Positions 26,118 to 36,842 of a DNA stretch of 64,000 nucleotides are shown in pieces. Every line of letters begins with the position of its first letter. Within the stretch, counting starts at the first letter, position 1. The stretch comes from Marsupella aquatica (lineage: Eukaryota > Plantae > Marchantiophyta). Both the position numbers and the translations under genes were made by a program. The stretch spans positions 8,081,732 to 8,145,731 of the forward strand of contig OZ316897.1 in assembly GCA_973895155.1 (NCBI GenBank). Direction: 5' to 3'. A model generated the notes under the pieces. The model did no database searches. It saw nothing but the letters and a program-made list of their open reading frames with translations, and was not told the DNA's origin.

Positions 26118-29100
26118 ATGGACAGGGATCATAGCTACAGGAGTCGGACCGTCTGCCGACGTTCAAGTTCGGGTTATGGACTGTACGCCAAACGCTTTGA
26201 CAGTTCGTTCAAACTGTCGAAGTTGCTCGTGATCGTCATCCAATTACTCTACCTGTCCAGCTTTTGTCGCGGTGGTCTACTCGGTGGTGGATTCGATCCT
26301 ACATGGGTGAAATCTGACGCAGGTATGTCGATCAGAATCGGAACATTGCTGCAATTTACTTGCAATTACTAATTCCCACTTTTCTTGATGAACCGACTGA
26401 TTATGAAAAGCTATATAATGTACAGGGGAAAGAAATCATATAGAGTGCTAAGGAATTTCCATAAAATGGGTTCTGAATTAGATTGGTGCTTAGGTGTAGA
26501 GGCTTAGTTATAGAATGGCTGTAGATAACCTTTGGAGCCGGAGCTCCTGTATCAGTCAATTATATATGATGATGTAGTCTGAAAGTTGATTAAGCAAGAC
26601 AACATTATTTACCATTTTTCAGAGAGAAAGTTTGACCGTATTGTAGAAGGGCTGTGGGAAACCTTTGGAGCCAGCAGTCTGAATGAATTTTTCAATTAAT
26701 TATCGATATAGTCAAGCTGGTCCCGCACCGAAGTGGTAAAGAAACGTGACATTGAATCGAAGTCGATCAAAACCCGTACATTTTAAGCGTCTGGCCCAGA
26801 ATCAAATGTTTTTTTGTTCTCAGCTGGTTGTCTTCAATTATCAAATTAAATTATTTAAGTCAAGTCAACAATTGAATTGATGAGTTATGGAACTAGTGCC
26901 GGCAGGTATCTTTCAAGTTAGCTACCGGTGTTCAAACCAAGATGAATCATGACTCATTCTATCACACTCTCTTGATGACATAGCCACTTAGCTACTTCTC
27001 GTAACATTTGAATCTTATACATGGAGTCAAGATAACAACTAGATAGTTACTCTCAAAGTCTTCATTTTTCCCAAGTAATTATTAACAGATTTAATAGTCA
27101 AAGAAGTGTTCCTACGATTCTTAGAACTCAAAAATTGTTCTGGTGCCTTTTGCAGAGTTGCTAGCCTCCAACTTCCTCACATTTTTTGCTGTTTGAAACG
27201 TTCAAATGACTTCATTCGTATGCCCATTTGAAACTGACATTGTCTATACAAACAGGAAGAGGCAAAGGAAGGTTGTTGTTCTCGAGTCTAGCATCGGTAT
27301 CAAATTACTGCACGAAATCCTACACCGCAGTACAGGGCGAGACCTGTGCATCACTGCGCACTTCGTCAGGGCTGTCGCAAGAGCAGATTTTCGAAGTGAA
27401 CCCGGGGCTCGACTGCAAGACGCTATCGAAGGGACAGAGCATTTGTGTGGAAGGAATTGCTGCCAACTGTGCGGCCACAATCTCTGTGAACAAAGGACCG
27501 ACTAACACCACCTGCGCCAGCATTGCAGCAGGCAGGCTGTCTACGCAAGGATTCTTCGTCCTCAACCCCGGAATCAGCTGTCCAGAGGCATCGGGAAACA
27601 ACAACTCGTGGCCCGCATCGCAACTGGTCTGTGTCTCTACAGGTACGTACTAAACTGTTGGAACCATTTCGATGATTGATTTGTTCTCTTGGAAAGAAAG
27701 GACCAGCCCCCTTCGATGACTGATTGGGGAATGTCGACGGAGTTTTGTCACAGATTTAGCCATAGACCACAAATCAATTGGTTTAATTTGCTCAATTGAT
27801 GGACATCCATTGGAGATCATTAGGGCTTTCGGTCATGGAATTGCTGATGTCTGATAATTTCTCTCTTATGTTCACTGCCAGCATTATAGAGCTGTGAAGT
27901 GCGACGTCATCAGAATTATCGAAAACACCACAAACTGTCAATTCGTTAAACTTTGTGAATGGGATATTAATTGGAGAATTCTTAGAGATTTAGATCATGA
28001 ATGTAATATTATCGATTGCTGATTCGTCTCTTATATAATTCACTGCCCACCTACATGGAGCTGTGAAGTGCGACCTCTGACTCTCGAAAGACAATTGATG
28101 TGGTCTTTTTGTCTCATGGCTCATTTTGACCCAACTGACTTCAAATTTCTTCATGAATTCTTCATCCATTTATTTCCAGGACTTGGCAGCCTCTTCACCG
28201 AGTACATAGGAGACTCAGGACTACCCATAACATTCGCAGAAGTGCAGCCTCTGTATCAAAAGTATTCATCCGTGATCACGCATCTCATTCTCGCTTTCGT
28301 CAACGACATTGACGCCAATGGCACCAGCACGAACGGCGTGTTCCATCCATATTGGAACTCAGCCCTCACTCCAGCGGCAGCGAAAGCATTCAAGGCAGCG
28401 AACCCTGACGTCCGACTGCTCATGAGCCTGGGTGGACCTTCTTCCAGCTGGAAGGACCCTGGAGCCAAAGCTACCGAGTGGATCGACACCGCGCAAGCGT
28501 CCCTCACCACCATAGCCACGGACTACTCGATTGACGGGATCGACATCGCGTACGAGAGCTTCCCCCAGGGCAGCGCCAACTTTACTTACTGTGTGGGGAC
28601 TCTGATCGCACAACTCAAAGGAAACAACACCATCGGACTCGCAACCATGGCGCCGGCTGGGGCTGTGTTGTCGGAGTACACGAGCATAATGGACAGTTTC
28701 AGCAATCAGATTGACTATGTGAACTTCCAGTTTTACTCCTATCAGCTCCTCACTGTGGACAATTATATTGCAGAGTTCAACACTATTGCCTACTCATTCC
28801 CGCCATGGAAGCTGCTGGCCAGCACTCAGATCGGCGGAACGAAATGCATTACCGGACCTTCGTTTTTGGAGGCCGTGGAAAAGATACAGCTCGCTAGAGG
28901 GCTTCCTGGAGTGATGATGTTTGATGTCGATCATTCCGTGGGTAATAATTTTCAGGACGAGAATCTCGTTTTGTCCCTTCTCAATGGGGAGCCGTATAAC
29001 AACATCACAAACTCGACGACTCTTGGACCAACGCTCGCACCATCGCCATCGCCGTCTTTCGGCCCCCCCAAGTCTCCAGTACCGAGCTCAGGTCCTGCTC

Positions 29101-30165
29101 AAGGTCCTCTTGCACCTGGATCCAGCAAAGCTCCCGCCCCCGGAGCAACCAATTCAAGCCAGGCTCCTGGACCTCTTGCACCTGGATCCAGCAAAGCTCC
29201 CGCCCCCGGAGCAACCAATTCAAGCCAGGCTCCTGGACCTCTTGCACCTGGATCTAGCAAAGCTCCTGCTCTTGGTCCTGGGGCACCTCATTCAGGCTTA
29301 ACGCCTGGTCTTGCTCCCGGTTCCAGTCTCGCTCCTGGATCTGCTGCACCCGGATCTGGATCTGCTGCACCTGGGTCCAGCCCACCTGTTGGTTCTGCAG
29401 GATCACCGGGATCTAGCGCAGGCAACTTAGCTCCACAGACACCGCCATCGAGCTCAGCGCCTAAACGTAAGTGTACTTCTTCTCCTCAGTCTCCTTCTTA
29501 TATATAAGGAAGAGTCCCGTTCATTTATTTCCACCTTGAGTAGAGAACGTTTCCTGATCGAAATATCAAGATAACTTCTGGACTCATGAATGCACAGTAC
29601 AAAGTAATGTCGCGCGGCAACAATTAGATGGTAGAAAACTTCATGTACATTTCAGGAGATATTGTTAAAATCTAAAGTCAGAACCAGGCTCTGGGTGGAG
29701 ACCCCTTTCGTTACAGACCTATGATTGGACCTGTAGCTGTGAAGTCTCTGAAAAAAGGGAATTAATGAATCCTTTATAATTGCGCTAACTGGCCCTAGGT
29801 TTTATTCATGAAAATTCTAAGAACAATCTCAGATTGACCAGTCTAATAATTGGTCCTCCTGGATTTGGACGGCTAGGTCCCACTTTAAAATTCCAAATTA
29901 TATCCCACCCTGTTCTTGGAATGTACATGTAGGCTTCGAATTCTAGATATTGAAGAGGCAGCAGATAATGCCAGCTTGAGCTTCAGAAGAAAGGCAGTAT
30001 TGGTTCTACTGTACTTTCAAAGTCATTTTCCTCATCAGCTAGCTAACATTTGTATGAATTGTCTGGATAATGTTTCACTTCTCAGGTTTTCGAAGGACCA
30101 GAGCATGGTCTTCCCAAGGGTTCGGCCTTGTTACCGCAATATTGGTTCTACTGCTCTCTTGGTAG
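26118..30165 (+). CDS. Secreted, predicted GPI-anchored chimera: 2x Cys-type LysM + GH18 class IIIb (chitinase/narbonin-like) + Pro/Ala/Ser/Gly-rich AGP-like stalk, ~652 aa, 4 exons
   Basis: Exons 26118 (in-frame upstream ATG at 26004)-26322, 27256-27642, 28180-29466, 30086-30165; all three introns are phase 1 GT-AG. Hydrophobic segment LLVIVIQLLYLSSFCRG; LysM1 CTKSYTAVQGETCASLRTSSGLSQEQIFEVNPGLDCKTLSKGQSICV; GH18 motifs LFTEYIG, LLMSLGG, IDGIDIAYE, IDYVNFQFY; last exon gives ...SSSAPKRFRRTRAWSSQGFGLVTAILVLLLSW*. The start codon choice is uncertain. Confidence 0.85.
26554..27101. promoter_or_regulatory. Cluster of seven W-boxes (TTGACC/T) in intron 1 of the LysM-GH18 gene
   Basis: TTGACC at 26632; AGTCAA (reverse complement TTGACT) at 26554, 26710, 26858, 26863, 27025 and 27096. 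Confidence 0.55.
29103..29266 (+). repeat. 66-bp coding tandem repeat (GPLAPGSSKAPAPGATNSSQAP, ~2.5 copies)
   Basis: Near-identical units inside exon 3 of the LysM-GH18 gene. Confidence 0.9.
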
Positions 30166-33100
30166 GGACCTTAATGCGTGCTGACAAACAAAGAGCTCCG
30201 AGGGAGATGAACATCACATCATAATGAAGCGTGTAATGAAAGTCGAGTAATCTGAGTCAAAGAGTCCGAGCTTGTGGACAACGGTATTGCACAGAAACGA
30301 TAATATTTGCAATGGTCGGGTTTGGCACAAGAGATTATGCACTCGGGGAGAAGTCTTTCTCCAGAATTTTGACCTCAAATAAGGACGTGTGATTTCAAAA
30401 TCAGAGTCCATCCACGTAGTGTTCACGAACAGAATGGAATGTAAGAATGCTCATTTGTTTGAAACTTCCTGGATGTATAGAGAACTTTCTTTCTTTTTAG
30501 TGTAGAGTGCTTGTGTATAGCAGTAATTCTGCAGACTCGGAAACTGAGGCTCCGTCAATTTTATGAAATAAAACTCATCACTGGCCTCCGATCAGTTGAT
30601 TAACATGGCGTCTGATTTACTGACATATATGTCCTGCATGATAGCTAGCTGGAGCATCTTCAGGCGAGACTAGCTTCAGGGGTAATTATGAGTTGAGCAA
30701 TTGGCCAGACTCTGCGCCATTCAGTTCTGAAAATGTCAGAGGACTCGCGTGTGCCACTTTTACGGTGTTCTCAAGCCTTGGCATATGAATGAGAAGGTCA
30801 AGACCATCAGGAACCTCTTAGCTTTGGTATCTGCCGAACAACATCAACTGAAATTTGAGTGTCATATCTCCAGATACTTTCGCAGCAGTTTTCCCCCTCA
30901 TGCGACTATAAATTGATTGGGTAAACTGAGCTGAGAATGAAATTTCAATTCAATTAAGACTTCTTTCTTTGCCAGATCAGGAAGTGCAGCATGATAATGC
31001 ACCAGATGTTCTTCTTTGTGTGCGAATTACTAGAAGTTGGGTGATTCTAACATTGATGGCTTCCAACTTAATTAATTCTGTTTTGTTAGGTTGATCGCAG
31101 CAGAGCTACCTTAGTCCACACCAAAAAGGACTGATAAAATAACAATCTCAAAATGCAGTCGCTCGTTCTCAACTTGGGGTGCCAGGAATCCTGCACAATG
31201 ATGATTTTTTGTAAAACCAAATAATTTACATTGGATAACATAATGAACTCAATTTAAACCACCACTGTCCTTCCCACTTCTCTCCTCTAGGGTGAGACTT
31301 TGCTCCACAATTTCAGGGGAAAAGTCTAAAAATGGTGAAACCTGGTGGATCCAGGTTTTGTCATGGACAGTGGCTTTTAAGGGTAAAACCAGATAAATTA
31401 CATTGGATAGCAAACCGGAATTTGTTGAAGCTGAGAATTATTTGGTATGATCTACCTAGTGTTGGACACACTTATATTCAGGTATCTCGAGTAAAGGTAG
31501 AACCAAAACTGGTCTAGGTGGCTCGTCAACTGAGTAACACACTGTAAGTAAAGTGTGAAAGTATTGTGCTCTGGAAACAAATAACTGATTGTAATCTATT
31601 CAGAAAATTATGTTTGAATGTACAGGATTGAGTGCTGGAGATGTCCAAAAAGTCCCAAGTTTTTTCACCTTAAGTTCAAATATCACACCAAACAGATTTC
31701 AGCTCAAACAAATTTCATTTCATGTTCTAAAAAAACATTAGGTTTCACCAGAAATTTGCATTCTGCAGGTTTCGTGGCGCCCCTTGACGAGAAGTCGCGC
31801 CGTGGGGAGGCAGACCATGGATTAACTATCATGGGCTTACTGCATTTTCATAATTTCAGAAGGTCTAGTAGAGAAGGTGTAAGTCCTTTGGTGGTGTAGT
31901 GTCCATCAAGTAATGAAGATGTAATGCCTTCTTTGCTGGTGGCAATCGCAGCAAGACACTTTTTACATATGGGTGAACGAGGAGTCCTGGAAACTTGGGG
32001 TCTTTTTAATATGATGTGATGTCGACGAAAATAGTCCCCGAATCTACCAATTCTGACATTCGAGCATGATCAATTATTGTCTCTATTTCTAGGCATGAGA
32101 TCCATCTCAGACATTCTCAAGCCTACAGCTATTATCGTAGGTATTCTTCGCAATGCGCTGTTACTCGTCCCCAAAATCCCAGCCAAGACAGTTTTGGTGG
32201 CCTTTTTCACTGAACACGACAGTAATGGCCAAATCTTTCAGTGCCAGGGACTTGCTCCTCGCCACTTACAGCCAGGTAAGCTATGAAGGTTGGTGGCTCT
32301 CACAATTTGCTTTCCGGAGCTGGTCCTCGACACTGGAAGGGAGAGATCAAGTAACCAACACTCAACCTTATAAGGAGATTTCCATTTAACGAGTGATGCA
32401 CCGGAGTCCTTTCCCTTTACACAACTATTTTCTACTGTACCGATAGGGAAGGTTCGAGAGATCATTGGCTGGCATTCACATCGGTTTGCTCACCTTTTCT
32501 TTGTTGCATGTGTCGTTTCTTGTTTCGAATTATGAAATGTTGTCAAGTTCTATATTAAATTCAGGAGGGGCATATCATTAATTTCCCAAAAGCGAGCGGT
32601 ATCATTACAGAACTGTTGAACACGTCGATCAGTCGGAAAAATATATAAAAATTCAAAGTAGATGAAACATATGTTTTCACGGTTGGCAGCTTCAATCTTT
32701 TCTGAGCTGCAGCTCATTGTTACTGTCACTAGCACGACAACGAGATGCGATGGGGAATGGAATTGAACTGGCATGCAAACTTGGGAAATCAGGACAACTG
32801 AGCAAATAATATCACGGGGTGGCCTTGCAGGTACGAAGGAGAAAGGTGACATTACAAGGGTGAGAAAGAATCATCATAGCTTTCAACGTTTCTTTCTAAG
32901 AGCATGTGCAGTCTTTCATTGGTGTCTGCACAAGTACAATGTACTACCAGTATCCATCTGCATTCCCACATACATTAGTGAGAGTTCATATCACTCAATA
33001 ATAAAAATTCGAAAGTCTAAAGTTGGTGTTCCAATAGTGGATCAACTACTTTGGACACCTAAGAAATGAGCATTCATACAAAGAATCTGTATTATTTGTG

Positions 33101-34559
33101 TAAAGAGACGGTCCATGTGTATTTCGCCAGCATCACGTCAAAAGCAGATGTTTCGGGAGCTGTTTATGGGAGGTCGGGTTGAAATACTCGGACGAGTTTA
33201 GTGACAAAATATGAGACTCGTAAAGTGAAATCAATTAATCCATCATACCGTGGCGAACGTCTTTGAGCACGAGCAGCAGATGCTTGTCTCGGCGATCACG
33301 CCAGATGATGTTCTCCCTCGCTCCCAGATAGACAGACATACACCAATACCACTTTCCGCCTTCCACAGACAACCCAGGGACATCTTAATTTCCCACGAAT
33401 GTGTGCTCAGTTCCAAGCTGTTGCAGGACACAGAAGTGCCACAGTAGCTCGTTCCACACGAGCCTACATCCTTTTTACAAGTCCGCATCCGCAATTGTAG
33501 GCTTTTGTAGGCTTGCTGAGGAGAGCAAGTATGGCATTAGCGCAACACAAGTGAGTGTGTATCCGCCTTTACAGTACGAGCTAGATCACTTTTCTCCTTG
33601 TATTCATGAAGTTGAACTTTCAAGACAAAAAAGTCGTAGATAATATGTAGTGCATTTGAACCCACAATGTGGACAGCCTGGATTGTGGAGCCCAGGCTCC
33701 TAGAGATACTGTGGAATCGAAGGATCGATCACTTAGCAGCAAGTTGTAGCACACTCAGGTGATCGATGAGTAGAGAGGAGAACCCAGTGTGGGTTTTAAC
33801 CATGGACTTAGATTTAATGGGATTCATATGATACATTAAAAACTGGCGCAGCGTTGATTTAAACCCACATTTGAAATTAATGATTGATGATACCATGGCC
33901 TTATACATGCATACCCACTTTTTTATTTGGAAAACGATCATTAAATCTAAATTGGCGAGCGTGAAAACCTTCAGGAAGGTTTTGTAAATTGACACTATGC
34001 AAATCTTCATATCTTGCCTTGACAATCGACACTTGATAACGTCTCGATCCTGCAGGTGAGCCAGTCGGGGAACAATTTCGGAACGTTGCAGATTGATTCG
34101 TTGGTAACTATTCCGGGGAAATATGCGTTGTTCACTCCTCTACCTAAGTAGTAAGGGATTGTGCTGCTTAAGTTCTGTAAATGTATGCAACTGCTCGTCA
34201 ATATGGATTCTTGGTATTCATGTAACAAAACTTGTCTGGTGAGAATGCCGTCAACGAGCCCGGTGTGTGGCAGGGATCAAAATCCTGCTCTGAATCGACT
34301 CATTTTGCCGGGCCTACTTTTACCCCAATGTATGCATTGTAATTGTCTCGATCAACCTCTGTTGCCATGACGATGTTCTTTCTTGAACGTTTGGTGCGAG
34401 AGGTACCCCAGATTAGCCCAGCATCACCGTAGCACTCGCCGGAAAACAAATTTTATCTAACCAAAGCAAAATCTTAACGTTCGTCTCTTTTGTCTCCTGG
34501 CCTATTAAATGGCCCTTGACAGCGGTTTTGACGAGCTCGAGGAGTGTAGTTGATTGGTC

Positions 34560-35125
34560 TGAAAGATCTAACTATCGCAACTAACTGAGAGGGATTCGCC
34601 ATTATCTTCGGCTCAACTAGTTTCAAAATAGTAAGTTAAATTAAAAGTTCACGCGTTCAGTCCCCTGCTCTCAAAGATATATATATCATGAAAGAAAGTG
34701 AGAGATTCGCCATTATCTACAGTCGAGTCAGTACTTTCAGGCTCAAAGAATTGCAAAATAAAGCCAAATCAAAGGTTCATGTGATTAGTCCCCTGCTCTC
34801 AACGATCTATCTATTGAAGGCAAGTGAGAGATTCGCCATTTTCTACAGGCGAGTCAGTAGGTTCAGGCTCAACGAATTGCAAATTAAAGTAAGCAAAATA
34901 AAAAGTTCAGGTGTTCAGTCCCCTCTCAAAGATCTATCCATTGAACGGAAAGTTAGAGATTCGCCATTTCTACAGTCGAGTCAGTACTTTCAGGCTCAAA
35001 GAATTGCAGAAGAGAGCAGAATGAAAAGTTCATGTGTGGAGTCTCCTGCTCTCAAAGATCTATCGATTGAAGGGATGCGCCATTTATTCACAGTCGAGTC
35101 AGCAGTTTCAGGCTCAAAAACTTGT
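34560..35125. repeat. Five diverged ~111-128-bp tandem units immediately 3' of tRNA-Gly
   Basis: Marker GATTCGCCATT at 34593, 34704, 34830, 34958 and (GATGCGCCATT) 35074, with recurring GTCGAGTCAG..TTCAGGCTCAA and CTCTCAAAGATCTAT. Confidence 0.9.
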
Positions 35126-35171
35126 AGAGATCTGTCAAGACTTCAAAACGAAAACACCACGTGAAAACAAT

Positions 35172-35242
35172 TGCGCAGCCGGGGAATCGAACCCCGATCA
35201 GTACCGTGGGAGGGTACTATGATACCACTACACCAGCTGCGC
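35172..35242 (-). tRNA. tRNA-Gly (anticodon CCC)
   Basis: Reverse complement GCGCAGCTGGTGTAGTGGTATCATAGTACCCTCCCACGGTACTGATCGGGGTTCGATTCCCCGGCTGCGCA has a 7-bp acceptor stem, A box, anticodon stem GTACC/GGTAC around CT-CCC-AC, and B box GGTTCGATTCC. A CAA motif and an AT-rich box lie upstream, and T4 runs lie downstream. Confidence 0.97.
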
Positions 35243-35281
35243 TCGTTGAACTGATCTCGGTGCCTAAATTATTTAAATAAT

Positions 35282-35440
35282 ATATTTTAGAGTATCCGTA
35301 ACACCCTTCAAGTATCCACTAAAAGCCCTCCGGAACTTTCATTTGGGGCTTTGGGGAACTGGTATATTTTAGAGTATCCGTAACACCCTTCGAGTATCCA
35401 CTTTATGCCCACCGGATCTTTCATTTGGGGGCTTTGGGGA
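35282..35440. repeat. ~81-bp tandem duplication 5' of tRNA-Gly
   Basis: ATATTTTAGAGTATCCGTAACACCCTTC.AGTATCCACT...CTTTCATTTGGGG.CTTTGGGGA occurs twice. Confidence 0.85.
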
Positions 35441-35849
35441 GGGGAAAGCTTCACACCAGCAAGACACACCAGTGCTGGTCAATTGGGCTCGGAGGTGTGC
35501 TCAATGCCAGAGAAAGCACTCAAGTTTGCAGGCTCAAAGGCCAGGAGGGAACATGGTCAACATGTGGGAGCACCTACAACATAGTTGGCTTCTGACAGCC
35601 ATTCACAAGTCGTTTTGCGACCAGCAAATGTGGCCAAAAACGTGGCCTGGAAAGTAATTTTGGAAGGGCTGTCAAATCATTTTAGGGATGCACGGCACTA
35701 GTGTGATCCCTTTCTTGTCCTCTGCGACTGAAAACTGCCATCATCCCAGACGAGGACCTTCCACAGATGCAAGGCACTGATGCAGAGGCTCTTATAATCT
35801 AAAATTAATTTCCGTTTGGAGGAGCATTACTATTGAGAGGTAAAGAAAA

Positions 35850-36011
35850 GCCCCCCAGACACAGGTTGGTCTCTAATGGACACACTCAAAGCGTTAGGGT
35901 TTCATTCGAGTTGAATGAAACCCTAGAGTCCTTGCCCCCGGAGACACAAAGGTTGGTCTCTAATGGACACACTCAAAGCATAGAGTTTCATTCGAGTTGA
36001 ATGAAACCCTA
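35850..36011. repeat. ~86-bp tandem duplication containing a 13-bp hairpin
   Basis: GGTTGGTCTCTAATGGACACACTCAAAGC..TAG(G/A)GTTTCATTCGAGTTGAATGAAACCCTA occurs twice. Confidence 0.85.
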
Positions 36012-36129
36012 AAGTACATGCTGATCGTTGCTTCTTTGTTTGCAAATCTCACCGCTACCCACATTAGGTATAACTCATTATTTGTCAAGATGTGGAGTAT
36101 CCAAGATTTTGATGAGCCTTTCAAAACAG

Positions 36130-36310
36130 AACTCTTCCTTGCTTCCATTCCACAGTTCCTTTTGAGAAGATTGGCTCCAAAAATCACTACTTCCTGGTTT
36201 CGGGTTTTAACGAGTTTTAATATCGACTCATTTGACACCTTCATCAAGTATTTTAAGAGTTTCGGGGAAGACCCTGGAGTCCAGAATGCTAGAAACAGTT
36301 AATGGTTGGA
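36130..36310 (+). pseudogene. Possible Ty3/gypsy retrotransposon gag fragment
   Basis: Translation ...ITTSWFRVLTSFNIDSFDTFIKYFKSFGEDPGVQNARNS resembles the Retrotrans_gag pattern W...L....I.S(W/F)..F...F...F......AR. Recognised by eye only; no LTRs seen. Confidence 0.35.
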
Positions 36311-36842
36311 AGATTCCCACTGATGAAGATTGGCTCATCAATAACAATCCACAATTCATTTGCTACGAATTTCTGCATCTAACTAGAATGTCCTGCAGTG
36401 GAACACGGTAAATCTTTCCGCGCTTGGAGCAATCATTCGTGGCTATGACCTTCGTCGGTGCAGAGTCCACGGCCGAACGACCATGGCAGAAGCAATTCAG
36501 CTAGTCATCTGTGGCTATGAAATACCCAGCTCTAAAAGTCAATTTCAGTGGATCCACCACATTGTAGCGAAGTTGTAGATTGTACATTCCAAAACCTTAG
36601 ATCTTGACTAAGCCACTGGGATCTGCTTCCCAAATAGTTTATAGTGTATCGTCCATTGGAATGCCTTCGGTACTAATTGTCCTCTGCACAGGACCGTAAA
36701 CTTGGAGTAAAATCACAGATAGCAATTGCTGCCCCATGGTTTTGGTAGGCTGTGGAGCTCCTGATACTGTTCTACATCTTTGTCTGATCTGCTTGTGGGA
36801 GCATTGAAAAAGTCTGTGGGCAACTTAGTAATAGTTATATAT

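Noticed and set aside
28068-28179. N-terminal part of the 479-aa ORF, and its tail 29467-29507
   Set aside because: Intronic read-through. A clear acceptor at 28179 and a GTAAGT donor at 29467 define the real exon.
33243-33494. Minus-strand exon-like segment with AG/GT borders
   Set aside because: No recognisable protein in any frame and no neighbouring compatible exons identified. It could be non-coding transcript but this is unsupported.
34688-35164. 158-aa ORF next to the tRNA
   Set aside because: It is a translation of the tandem repeat, and the units are read in different frames, so coding function is unlikely.
35000-35171. tRNA-Gly-snoRNA dicistron
   Set aside because: No box C (RTGATGA) / box D pair found immediately downstream on the tRNA strand.
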